From: Chiloscyllium plagiosum
Lineage: Eukaryota
Length of the DNA: 64,000 nucleotides
Reading direction: 5' to 3'
Assembly (NCBI RefSeq): GCF_004010195.1
Contig: NC_057718.1
Location: forward strand, 103,976,342-104,040,341
Each line of letters begins with the position of its first letter. Position 1 is the first letter of the stretch. Positions 50,161 through 61,817 of the stretch are shown here, in pieces. Position numbers and translations under genes: made by a program. The notes under the pieces are model-generated. The model saw only the letters and a list, made by a program, of their open reading frames with translations, did not search any database and was not told the origin of the DNA.

Positions 50161-53100
50161 TGATACAGATTCAATAGAGTGCCATGTAACAGACTGTGTG
50201 GAAAGGCATGGAATAAACAGGTCAACAGCAATACAGATATGAAATTAGCTGAGTGACAGTAAACAGAGAGTAATGGTCAATAGCTTTTCTTTGACATGGG
50301 GAGGTCTGTAGTGAGGTTCCTCAGGGGTCAGTATATGGACCCTTGCTTTCCCTGACATATCTTAATGGTCTCGATCCAGGGGCAGTATCGTGGCTCAGTG
50401 GTTAGCACTGCTACCTCCCAGCGCCAGGGACCCAGTTTCGATTCTAACCTCAAATCACTGTCTGTGTGGAGTCTTCCACAAGTAATCCGATGGGGGAGGA
50501 GTGGGGTAAAGAGGTGTGCTGTCTCTCTCCATCTTTCACACATACACACACTTACTCCGACTCACTCTCACTCTCGCACACTTACTCTCTCTCTACGGTA
50601 CATTCTACATGTGCACCCAAAATGATTACCTAACGTACACACATCAGCATAGCGTACAAAAATGTATTGGGGTTGGCTGGACTTGGACAACTCAGTGCAA
50701 AGCTGCTGCTTTCTGCAGACGTTATTCTGACGCTCGGAGCGTCCTGTTCATTGTCGTTTCACCTGCTTGTTTTCTGTGTAGGAATGGAAGCAGCAGAATG
50801 GAAAATCATTGCATGTGCATTATCAAAACCTGGCGATTAATAATTGAAGTTATCTCTTTGCTTCTCTGTCAGTGCTGGGGCACTTTCTTAGGCTTGTTAA
50901 ACTGAGGTCAGGGAGGGTGATGATTCACAGGAGATCATAATTTATGGACAATTGAAGCTGGAGAAACATCTTTTAGAGGTAAAAGAGCAAATCCATAGCA
51001 ACAATCCTTCTGGGGAATATTAATCCCCTGCTTTATGTAGTGCTAAGTGTACAATAGTAATCAGAACTTCTGCCTAAGCTGCTAATCATTGAGGGAAAAA
51101 AACTGTATAGAGAATTCATAATGGAATTAGCCTGAGGCAAACAAAGAAAGACAAAATTAAATCAGCCATCAAATTGCACCAAGGAATTTTAATTTACAGG
51201 TTAATGTAGGATTGTGTAACTAATCAACGCTAACATTTCAAATGAGCCTTTGAGTCTTTTTTGCAGTAGCAGACCGAAAAATGGGCTTCAATAGTTCCTG
51301 CACATTGCTGAATCAAATTTGCAATATTTACAAAAAGGGAAATTGTGAATTGAATAAACTATTGTAAGTGATAATTACTCATATTGTGGGGTGCTTTACT
51401 TCCAAGTTCAGAAATTAGAATTAAAAGCATGGCTTCAATCAATGATCCATTAAAACGTCCAAAATTTGCAACACTTAATTAGAAAAAAAAATGTTTAAGA
51501 CGTCAGTACCTGAAAGTGATGAAAGACCAAACCTGGCTTTGCCTTTCTGATCTTCCACGTGTTTCCAGCTTTCTTGCTGCTTTTATTTCAGACCCTTAGA
51601 ATTTGCAGCTTTTCGTTTTGATCTGTTATTTGATTTTGTGGAGATATTCAGTTGGTAGTTAAATAGCTCTTGGCAAATGCCAGTTCTTGAAAGAGATTAA
51701 CTGTTTCAAACAAAGCTCGTTCTGGACATCTAAAGGATAGAATCATGAATCAGTAGGTAGTACCAGGAGGGCTGTGTACACTTCCAACCATTGAGTTAGC
51801 TCAAAGGTATCCAGCTATTGGTGCCAACAGAGACAGACACAGCCAAAAGGCTACATGGCCTAAGGCATCTTAACTCCAGGAAGACATCAAAAGACTGGAA
51901 GTGTATCATATAGAGAAGAGCAAATGTATGGGAAGTACAATTCAATGTTGAAAGGAGTAAAGGAATTGGATTCCAAAACATATCGCAAAAATCCTGAAAC
52001 CACAAGGGGAGATGCACAAGGAGTTTAGTTGTGGCTACTTGATTCAAAGCTTGATGATATTTGAAAGTACGGTCTATTTAAAGGTAAAGTCGATACAGTC
52101 CTACCTAGGACTGCCCTCTTATTAGAGAGAGAGAGAGAGAGATGACTGGTGTTGGTTTAACCTGAGGGTCACCATGTCTCAGATGGAGGAAGGTTAAGAA
52201 GCAGAGCCCTTCATGGTAAACTCAGCTGGTGCAGGGATTGAACCGACACTCTCAGCATCACAAACCAACCATTTCATCCCAGCGAGTAGCCAAGATAGAT
52301 GGTGTGAAGAAATCTAGAGGAGAATTAGATTGACAGCAAGGGAGTGAGTGAGCGACTGGTATAATTTTGAGCCTGGCCAGCTGGATTGTCAGGTAATTCT
52401 TTGTAACTTCCCTCTGTTCCTATATCATTAGTGCTATTGATCATCAGGAAATGATTTACCTGACACAGTCTGTCACACTAGTGGCATAATTAAACTTGGA
52501 AAATCTTCACACAAGAAAGGAAATAGCCAGACGAAAATCAGAATAGTGTCGTATGGAGTATCCTGTGGAACATTCTGGATTTGCACCAGGCCTGGGTCTC
52601 CTGTCACCGACAACTTCGCAACACATTCAGTAAGCTCTCTCGCCCTTTTCTCTCGTTGGTCAAACTAAAAGTAAAACGATCATCTGGGCTCGTGACACTG
52701 CTAAAGTACCCATTGTTTTTAGCCAGCGAAATTAAAGTCTTGAATGTTTAATGTTTGTAAACTGGATCTTCTCATGACCTCAGAGTGTTATTGACACCTA
52801 TAGGTCAGAAATGGGTCTTCATAAGTTTTCGACAAACACAATCACTGAATTCTTACAGCACAGAAGGAGGCCATTCAGCCCATTGTGTCTGCACTCACTC
52901 TCATTATGAGTAACATGACTTAGCGCCATTATCCTGCCTCTTCATTTCAGTGACTGATAAGGCCTTTTGGGAAATATATATCATGTCACTAAACCATGCT
53001 GAAAGCTAAAAGGCTGTTTCATCTTGCGAGGATGTTTGGAAATTAAAAATAAGGAGTCTTCCATTTAAAACAGAAATCATAGAATCCCTACAGTGTGGAA

Positions 53101-53231
53101 GCAGGCCATTCAACCCATCAAGTCTACACTGAGCCTCTGAAGAGCATCCCATCCAGACCCAGCCCTCTACATTTCCCATGACTAATCTACCTAACCTGCA
53201 CACCCTGGAGACTAAAGGACAATTTCCCATG

Positions 53232-53704
53232 GAGAAAGTGAGGACTGCAGATGCTGGAGATCAAAGAGTGTGATGCTGGAAAAGCACAGCTGGTCAGGCA
53301 GCATCTGAGGAGCAGAGGAACCAGTGTTTCGGGCCGGAGCCCTTCATCAGGAATGTGATGTGGCTGTGGTAGCGGGACTGCTTGAGGAAGAACGTCAGGG
53401 CAGAGGAGAGGTCTTGGGGAGTACAGTGAGAGAGGGACTCATTGAGATCCTTGTAGAGAGAGGAGGAGAACTTCTTCAAGGTAGGCATCCTTGGAAGAGA
53501 CTTCACAGCAGGGTTGAAATCAACGAGGAAAAAGTGAGGGCTGCAGATGCTGGTGATCAGAGTCGAGAGTGTGGTGCTGGAAAAGCACAGCAGGTCAGGC
53601 AGCATCCGAGAAGCAGAAGAATCTATGTTTTGGGCATAAGCCTTTCATCCTGCTCCTCAGATGCTGCCTGACTGGCTGTGCTTTTCTAGCACCACACTCT
53701 CGAC
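53232..53704 (-). mobile_element. Penelope-like element fragment (tandem terminal repeats plus an inverted arm)
   Basis: Two direct copies of aaagtgagg.ctgcagatgctgg..gctggaaaagcacagc.ggtcaggcagcatc, followed by an inverted copy. Confidence 0.8.
53318..53350 (-). ncRNA. Minimal hammerhead ribozyme-like core
   Basis: Minus strand CUGAUGA-A-GGGC(UCCG)GCCC-GAAA. Confidence 0.65.
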
Positions 53705-53715
53705 AATTTAGCATG

Positions 53716-53990
53716 GCCAATCCACCCTAACCTGCACATCTCTGGACACTATGGGACAATTCCCCATCGCCAATCCACCCTAACCTGCACATCTCTGGAC
53801 ATTATGGGACAATTCCCCATCGCCAATTCACCCTAACCTGCACATCTCTGGACACTATGGGACAACTTAGCACGGTCAATTCACCCTAATCTGCACATCT
53901 CTGGACACTATGGGACAATTCCCCATGGCCAATCTACCCTAACCTGCACATCTCTGGACACTATGGGACAATTTAGCATGGCCAATCCAT
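53716..53990. repeat. 53-bp tandem repeat (5 units) derived from the SINE body
   Basis: Unit gccaatccaccctaacctgcacatctctggacactatgggacaattccccatc starts at 53716, 53769, 53822, 53875 and 53928. Confidence 0.92.
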
Positions 53991-55974
53991 CCTGACCTGC
54001 ACATCTTTGGATTGTGGGAGGAAACCAGAGCACCCGGAGGAAACCCACGCAGACACGGGGAGAATTGCAAACTTCATAAAGACAATCACCCGGGGCGGGA
54101 ATTGAACTTGGGTCCTTGGTGCTGTGAGGCAACAATGCTAACCACTGAGCCAACAGAATTGTTTCTTTGAATTTTCTTCCCCAGCGAGTAGTGACTGTTC
54201 TTAAGGCAGAGGATTCTTGACTGACGATAGGGTTCAAGGTTATTGGCAGTGGCCAGTAACGTGGAGCTGAGGCTACACTTGATGAACCATCAGATTAATG
54301 AATAGGGGAGCAGATTTGAGGGGCCAATTGGTTCTTCTTCTCCGAACTTACACATGCACATTCAGTACAGAAGGAGCAAAATGTTTGTAAAGAACATGGC
54401 ACAAGGAAGTTTTAGAAGTTAAAAAAAAAAGTCTAATACAAGAGTTTACAGTTGTAGATGAGTAGTCGAGTTGATTTTTCATACAAGTCTGTATTTATCA
54501 GCAGATGAGTACAATTGTCTCAAGGGTGTTGCTGGCTTTGTCAATATTGATTTTCCATCTGACTACATCGCTGTGGGTCTGGAGTCACATGTAGGCCAGA
54601 CCAGGTATGGACAGCAGGTTTCCTTCCATAAAGGGCATTAGTGAATCAGATGGGTTTTTACAGCATTCAACAGCGATACATGGCTGTGGGTAAGCCAACT
54701 TTATTCTGAATTCAAATATCACCATCTTGCTCGGTGGTGTTCAAGCACATATCTGCAGGACACCAGCCTGGACTTCTGGATTAGTCATTTGGTGATATTA
54801 CCACTACAGCGCCACTTCCCCGAGTTCAACAAAGCCAGATCAGTGCTTTGGTTTACTGCTCTCATATTGTTCTTTACTTGTTAATTATCCAATCCTTATC
54901 TCCTACAAAAGTTTTGTTCTCAAAATCCAACATTTTAAAAAATACTTAGCTCCTATGAGTAAAATGACACTCATTTTTAAATGTAACCGAACAGTCGCAG
55001 GTTTAAGATTTGTCATTCTTTGCTCTTAAATATTTTTAGTTGATTAATTTGACACTCTTTTTGGATTTGAGTCTGAGAACTTAGAAAGCTCTGTTTAAAT
55101 TTCTGAAATAGTTCTGAATTTGTAAAATGTAGGTCATTGGAATCAGAACTGCAGCTTTAAAGGTTACCCAAATAATAAAACGCACCCTGAAAACCATCAT
55201 TAACATGGCTCCAGAACAGCGTGTAATTATCAAAGAAATAATTGCTTTGGAATCTAAGCTAGCAGGATGTGCGAAACAGAAATGATGTTTTTGTGGGAAA
55301 CTGGGCTGTGATATAAGTAGATAATCAAATTAATAAAAGTGACTAATATTTTACAACTTTTGTGAACTTTGGCCTCTCAGTAATGTTTCTGTGATTCTCT
55401 CTTGAGATGTGGGTGCCATTGGCATTCACTGCCTGACTCTAATTGATGCTGGAGAAGGTGATGCTGAGCTGCCTTATTGGTGTAATTTGGTGTAGGTAAG
55501 CCCACAGTGCAATTAGGGAGGGAACTCCAGGATTTTGACCCAGTGAGTAGTTCAGAGGGGAACTTTGAGGTGGTAGCATTCCGTGTATCTGCTGCCCTAA
55601 TCCTTCTTAATGAATTGTTAACCTAACTAAGAATATCTGCAAGGAATATTCCTGACAGATTAATGCATTTTATCAAGTTGTTGGATTCCACTTTCGTCAC
55701 AGAAGAAGCACAGAAGTTGCTGTTGTGATATGCCAGCATCACAACTTTGTGTGAAGTTCAGAAAGTCCAAAAACTAAAAAATCACTGAAATCGCAGGTTC
55801 TGCTTTTGTTTGATATTTGCAACAAAAGGAACAATAGCCCACTAGTGGGTTTTTACTTGTCTGGTTTACAAGTTGCACGATATAAAAATAATTCCGAGAA
55901 AGTGATACAACATGTCTATGTATAACCTAAGTTACATGGTTTCTTTTATTAGATCTGATTTATTTTCCTTGGAG

Positions 55975-56540
55975 AGCCCTGTCCACCCTCTCAGGTAGAT
56001 GCAAATAATCCCATAGCTCCAACTTCAAAAGAAGGTGCAGGGACGTTATCCCCAGCCCTGGTCAATACTTATCCCTCTTGCAGCACCGCTAAAATGCAAA
56101 TTATCTTGTAATTATCACATTGCTGTTTATGGGAGCTTGCTGTGTGAATTGGCCACATTCCTACAGTAATAAAGATAAAGTCACCAGAGTCCTACCAGAC
56201 CATAGGGCTGCTCTCTCACTAGATGGAGAGAGATGACTGGTGGTGGTTTCAGAGATGGAAATGTGTTGCTGGAAAAGTGCAGCAGGTCAGGCAGCATCCA
56301 GGGAACAGGAGAATCGACGTTTCGGGCATTAGCCCTTACCTGAGGGTCACCATGTCTCGGGTGAGAGGAGAGGTTGAGAAGGAAAGTAACCTCAGACAAC
56401 GCAGGAATTGAACTGACACTGTTGGTGTCACTTTGCTGTCCAGCAAACTGAGCCAACCAACAACAGTTCAGCAGGACTATCCTGCAAAAACACTCGACTG
56501 GCTTCAAAGCATTTTAGGACATTGAAGTTGTGAAAGGTAC
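55975..56540 (+). mobile_element. Deu-domain SINE remnant with nested insertions
   Basis: ccctctcaggtagatgcaaataatcccat..attatcacattgctgtttatgggagcttgctgtg; resumes after 56460. Confidence 0.7.
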
Positions 56541-58059
56541 AAAATTGTGAAGGTTGTTTCTCCTTTTTTGGAAAATGTTTTGAGCCATTTCCCAATCCCT
56601 TATGTAGTGAAAGCCAACAGTCAGTTCGTCTATCACGTAATGGTTGTGTTCTAATGCAACCCCGTGTTATAGAAAAAATTGTGCTTTAGAAACAGTGCTT
56701 AAAGCGTTTGTGATGTAATCGCGTTACAGCCAATACATGTTTCAAAAGTTCACACTTTAGAAACAGTGTCCCCAATGTTTCAATCATGTTACAGCAAATT
56801 TGGACTGCAGTGATTCAAGAAGGCAACCCAGCCCCACCTTCTCAAGGGTAAATAGGAATGGGCAATCAATGCTGGTCAGCCAGCGACGCCCAAATCACAC
56901 AAGTAAATCAAAAAAAAAATTTAATTCCTGCTTCCCTTTAGAAGGATTAATTTAATGCTGTTCATTCCACCCAGGATGGAGGACCTTATACATTTGGAAT
57001 GAATTAATTGCCTCAAGTAAGTCTACAAAAGTAGTGCCACAAATGGAAATGCCACGCTGGTGCATTAGGAGCTGTTAGAGTTAAAAGAATCATTTGGACC
57101 AAATCTGGTACTTCAGCCACGCCTATTGGAAGTTTCTACAGGGTGTTCCAACCATTCTAAATTAACTGAGAGAGTTTCTCACAATGTTTTTCCCAATGCC
57201 CCCAACCCCATCAGTTTGAGGTTCAAAAATCTCTCAAAATGTCAAAAGGTTTATGGTCTTTTCTCCTTACAGTGACCTGCTATTATTTGTGTTCAATTCC
57301 CCAGCACTTATACATCTCATCACCTGGATAAATGCAGGGTCCATAGTTAAAAGCTGTCCCACACATTCTTCTCTCGCCACACAATAAACTCCTGGGCGCC
57401 CCAAACACAGTTGTGTTTCTGCCAATTTGCCTTTTCGGATTCAATCCCAGGAACATTCCTCTCACACGTCATATTTTGGTGACAGACAATAATGTTTGTA
57501 ACTTTATTTTAGGCAGAGGCACTGGCATTCTCATTCTGTCGAGAAACTCCAGGAAGACTAATATGGTTCATTATTTTGCTCGACCATTCTTCATAGTCTC
57601 CTGCTCACCATGTTCTTCATTGGGGAGTCTGTGTGCAGTCAGAATTACAGCAAGGACATCAGGACAAAATGATTGTGTTTCTTTCCAGATTATTTTAAAT
57701 TTTTATCTATATCGATGCATGGAATGTCGCTAACTCAAAACCAAACTGATGAATGCTTGTTCCTGAAATATGAAATATATGATGTTCTAGAAAGGATAGA
57801 CTTACAGCATCACAACAATGTTTCAGTAATGGAATTGGAAGACAGAACAAAGAGATGAATTTAGGAGCAAACTACTGCAGATGCTGGAATCTGTACTGAA
57901 AACCAAAGAATGCTGGATATCACAGCGGGTAAGGCAGTATCCATCGAGACAGAGCTTGCTTTCTCTCCATGGATACTTCCTGATGTGTTGTAATCTCCAG
58001 CACTTCTGTTTTCAAAGAGATGAATTTGTTGGCAACAATTTGACTGTCCACACAAAGAC

Positions 58060-58640
58060 ATACAGAACCAGATGACAAAGCCCCTCTTTCGGAACACTAC
58101 TCACCATGTTCTCCTCTGTCTTATGGAGAATGCAGACTGGTTGACCATTTTGTAGTACACCATCAGCATAAGTGTGATCAGAGAGATTCCAGCTGCTTGC
58201 AGAATTAACTCTCCATCTCATTCTCACCCTGACCTCTCTATCTTCAGCCTCCTGCCCTGCTCCAATGCGATTGAATGAAAGTTTGAGCATCTTTCGAGTG
58301 TATTTTAACATTCCGAGCTCAAAATCAAATTCAACAATTTCAGATCAGAATCCCTGCTTGCGTTTCTTCAATTGTTGGAAATAATTCTGCTGTTGCCATT
58401 CACACCTCCTCTCAAAACGTCTTTTATTACTTTATTTATCCCATCTCCTTTTGCTTTCCCCCATCATCCCTTTGTTGTTTAATCTCTGCTGTCTCCTTCA
58501 CGCTATCACCAAACCTTCCTTTTGCTCTTTCCCGTCCCTTCCCACCACCTTTCCCTGATGTACCTGTACCTGATTACACTTTGCTGCATTGCAAACATAT
58601 CACAGTTCAGCTGAAAGACCATTCACCCGGAAGGTTGACT
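58060..58640 (+). mobile_element. Penelope-like element remnant (GIY-YIG endonuclease end and 3' region)
   Basis: Frameshifted translation CRLVDHFVVH / NSPSHSHPDLSIFSLLPCSN / LKIKFNNFR resembles the PLE GIY-YIG motif RRLGDRFAEH..FNSPSHS..LNIEFNNFR; pyrimidine-rich 3' region follows. Confidence 0.7.
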
Positions 58641-60407
58641 GAAGTCTCATTGAGGATTTGGAATTCTCATCTGTCGATTATCCCCACCAGCAGATGTCTC
58701 TGACCCTCAGTAGTCATTCATTGGCCATTTTAGTGTCTCCATTGACAGTGGGGTAGGAAGGGCCTGTTCTAGGCCTTTCTGCCTGGAACTTAAGTTCCGG
58801 TGAGGTCAGCAGGGTTTGGGAACAACACAGCCTGCCCAATTAAATGCCCCTCCTAACTGCATGCCCATCACCTCCAGGAACAGAAGATTCTGCAGGTATC
58901 TCCACAGATGCTGCCGGATCCGCTGAGACGAACAGGAAACAATACAGAGCATGAGAGAAACGAGCAGACAGTATTGTGAACAATTCCAGGTTTCATCACA
59001 CGCAGAGCTCCTGGAGAAAGGGTAAAAATAATTCTCTAGAATAAAAGTGGAACTGAAAGAAAACTATTTTTCTGGAGAGTCAACAGACTGGGAATCCCTT
59101 CCTTAGAGGGGAGCAGACTGATGGAGGCTTGCAAATTGTGGAAGGTTTGATAGGGTCAGTGAAGTGAAGATGCAAATCTATTCAAGACTAGAACCACAGA
59201 GCCTTATGTATAAGATAGGGAATTCAGGAGAAACAAGCGTGGGAGGATGCTTGATAGGAGCAGTATGGAGCAGGATGGTCTGAACAGCCTGTGTCTGTGC
59301 TGGAAACTGTATGTTGGAGTATTCGAGCTGACTGAACAACACCAGTATGCTCTTCCTCTGCACGTCTGGTGAATGGAGCTAGCTGCCTGCAGTCACCTCC
59401 CCTGTGATAACAATTCACTTTGACAGGATAAGATTTTACTCAGTATAGATCAACACCAATTCAACATAGCAATTCCTCATAGTTTTGAAAGCAATTGACT
59501 CTCTGGGACAGCTATATTTTCCCTTCCTACTCTGCACCACTTTGATCCTCTGTAGTTCTTTCCGAAGCACAGGGTAATCAATAGGGATAATACATTGATT
59601 CATTTCAGTTCTTTCTTTTTCCACCTTATTGCCTTTTCTAATTATGTTAATTGTACAATAGGCTTGCCCTCAGAAGCTCACAAACTATATGGCCCTGGCA
59701 GCTGGTTGTATGTAATCTATTAGTGGGCACCCACACTGCAGAGATGCATACTGAAGGACTGAAATCTGTTGTTTATATTCAAGCTGTCTTGCAAAATAAT
59801 ACCCTGCTCTCTTACACACGTGAAGCTTAATGCCTATGCTATATTTATTTCTGGTAGGCAATCAGGCTAATTAATTGGCCTGACATTTTTCTCTGTTAAA
59901 ATGTGTGTAATTGTGTCGTCCTATAACCCAACATGAGAGCCAGGGAGAGGGAGGTGGGAGGTTTGATGATCTCAATAGTGCTTCATTTCCAAACAGCTTA
60001 AGTGCCTGTTACAGAAGCACAGTGAGTGCTCCGGGGAGGGGTAGCTGGAGTTGGATATGTTCCCGACTCCCTCAGGAGCTGTTGGAATGCAAGCATAAAG
60101 ATCTTTCGCTGTGTTCCTTGACTTGACTTGGACTTTCTTCCCACAATCCTGGCATGGAAGCTGAGTCCAGAGCCCAAGTCACAGCCTCACTGGGTGGGAA
60201 AAACAGCTCGGAATTGGGACCCGAGCAATATGGTCAGCGTGGACCGGTTGGACTGAAGGATTATTTTCCATGCCGTATGACTCTGTAACCAGCATCCATG
60301 ACCTTCCCAAATGTCACCAGCCAACAAGTGGCCACTGACCCTGTGTCCAACTGGTACTGTTCTCGGGATGGGGCAACCCAATACTGGACCCTGCTCTGCC
60401 CCCAGTA

Positions 60408-60585
60408 GGAGAAAGTGAGGACTGCAGATGCTGGAGAGTCACAGTCAAAAAGTGTAGCGCTGGAAAAGTACAGCAGGTCTGAGGAGCAAGAGAGATGATG
60501 TTTCGGGCATAAGCCCTTCATCAGGAATTTCCGATGCTGCCTGACCTACTGTGCTTTTCCAGCACCACACTTTTCAATTCTTCTC
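60408..60585. mobile_element. Penelope-derived inverted-repeat element
   Basis: Same family as 21500 and 53232; inverted arms gctggaaaagtacagcaggtc / gacctactgtgcttttccagc. Confidence 0.8.
60492..60524 (-). ncRNA. Minimal hammerhead ribozyme-like core
   Basis: Minus strand CUGAUGA-A-GGGC(UUAU)GCCC-GAAA-CAUCAUC-UC. Confidence 0.65.
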
Positions 60586-60779
60586 TCCAGTAACTGACCC
60601 TCCAAATACTAGGACCTCCCCAGAGTTCACCCTTTACAGAGGATATTCCTCTTGGGAACTCTGTTACAAGTGAAAGGCAGAGCCGTGGAGCAAGAGGACG
60701 TGCCGTAGAGAGGGGAGAATGCACTTGGTGAGTCAGCAAATTGGTGATACCAAATGCCCCAGATAGAACAAGCACACCT

Positions 60780-61385
60780 GTCCTACCATAGCTCATGCAG
60801 TAACAATACGAGAAAGAGGATTCACTTTCTCTAAAGACATGGCTTTATTGTTTCAATTGTATCGGAGCTTTGTTAGACCAATCCTGGTGCACTGTGTCCA
60901 GTTTTGGTTCCCATATCACAGGAAAGATCTTGTTGCCACAGATGGAGATGTCGGGAGAGATGAAGAGAGACTGAGCAAACTATTTTTAAATTCTCTAAAA
61001 TTTCAAAGAGTGAGGGTGATCTCATTGAAACCTACGAAACACTGAAAGGATTAGAAAGGGCAAATGCAGGGTAGGGTCCTCCCCCTGGTTGAGGAGTCTG
61101 CAACAAGTTAAAAAGATCAGAGCTATGCCATTTAGGTCTGAGATGAGGAACAAATGTTTAACTCAGAGTGTGGTGAACTTGTGGAGTTCTTGCCAACAGA
61201 GAACTCAGGAAGCTCAGTCTTTCTGTGTTTTTGGGTTGAGTTTGGGAATGTTTTTATTACCAGTGGCAGTTATATGGATGGGGTGAGTATAAAGTATGAA
61301 GTGTTCAATTAGCCACGATGATATTAAATGTTAGGGAAGTCTGGATGGACTGAATGGTCCCTACTCCTGTTCTCATGTTCCTAAA
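60780..61385 (+). mobile_element. Old CR1-like LINE fragment
   Basis: FQLYRSFVRPILVHCVQFWFPYHRKD; TQSVVNLWSS. Confidence 0.8.
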
Positions 61386-61692
61386 AGTCGTCTGTCTCTC
61401 TCATTGGAGAGAGTCCCATGGTCTCGTAAGACTAAGGTGACTTTACCTTTACTGACCTGATTAAATAGACCGCTGGAAGCCTCATCTCATGATTTATGAT
61501 TCCCCCCTCCCCTGTAGCCCCCCCACCCTGTGTCCCAGCCATTATCTTGCTAATTTATGTCCCTTCTCATGACACATTTCTCCTGCACCAATCAGAAACC
61601 AAACAGACTAGTTCCCCAAATGGATGACGCGTGACTGTCAGCCAAACAGCCTATTCTCACAGCCCCCGCACCCACCCACCCATCCCCACACC

Positions 61693-61755
61693 NNNNNNNN
61701 NNNNNNNNNNNNNNNNNNNNNNNNNNNNNNNNNNNNNNNNNNNNNNNNNNNNNNN
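61693..61755. other. Assembly gap flanked by C-rich (cacccacccatcc) repeats
   Basis: Run of N. Confidence 1.
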
Positions 61756-61817
61756 GCCCCCTCACCCACCCATCCACCCCCACACCCCCCCTCACCCACC
61801 CATCCACCCCCACAGCC

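Larger units (their letters stand above)
53078..54153 (-). mobile_element. HE1-type SINE with a nested Penelope element and an internal tandem expansion
   Basis: Tail at 53078-53231, head ending at ~54153. Confidence 0.85.

Noticed and set aside
55709..55753. Short hairpin (gttgtgat/atcacaac)
   Set aside because: Stem too short and interrupted for a pre-miRNA call; expected by chance in 64 kb.
56618..56800. Possible Tigger/Tc1-like MITE fragment
   Set aside because: Only one putative terminal repeat is visible, with no matching end or TSD.
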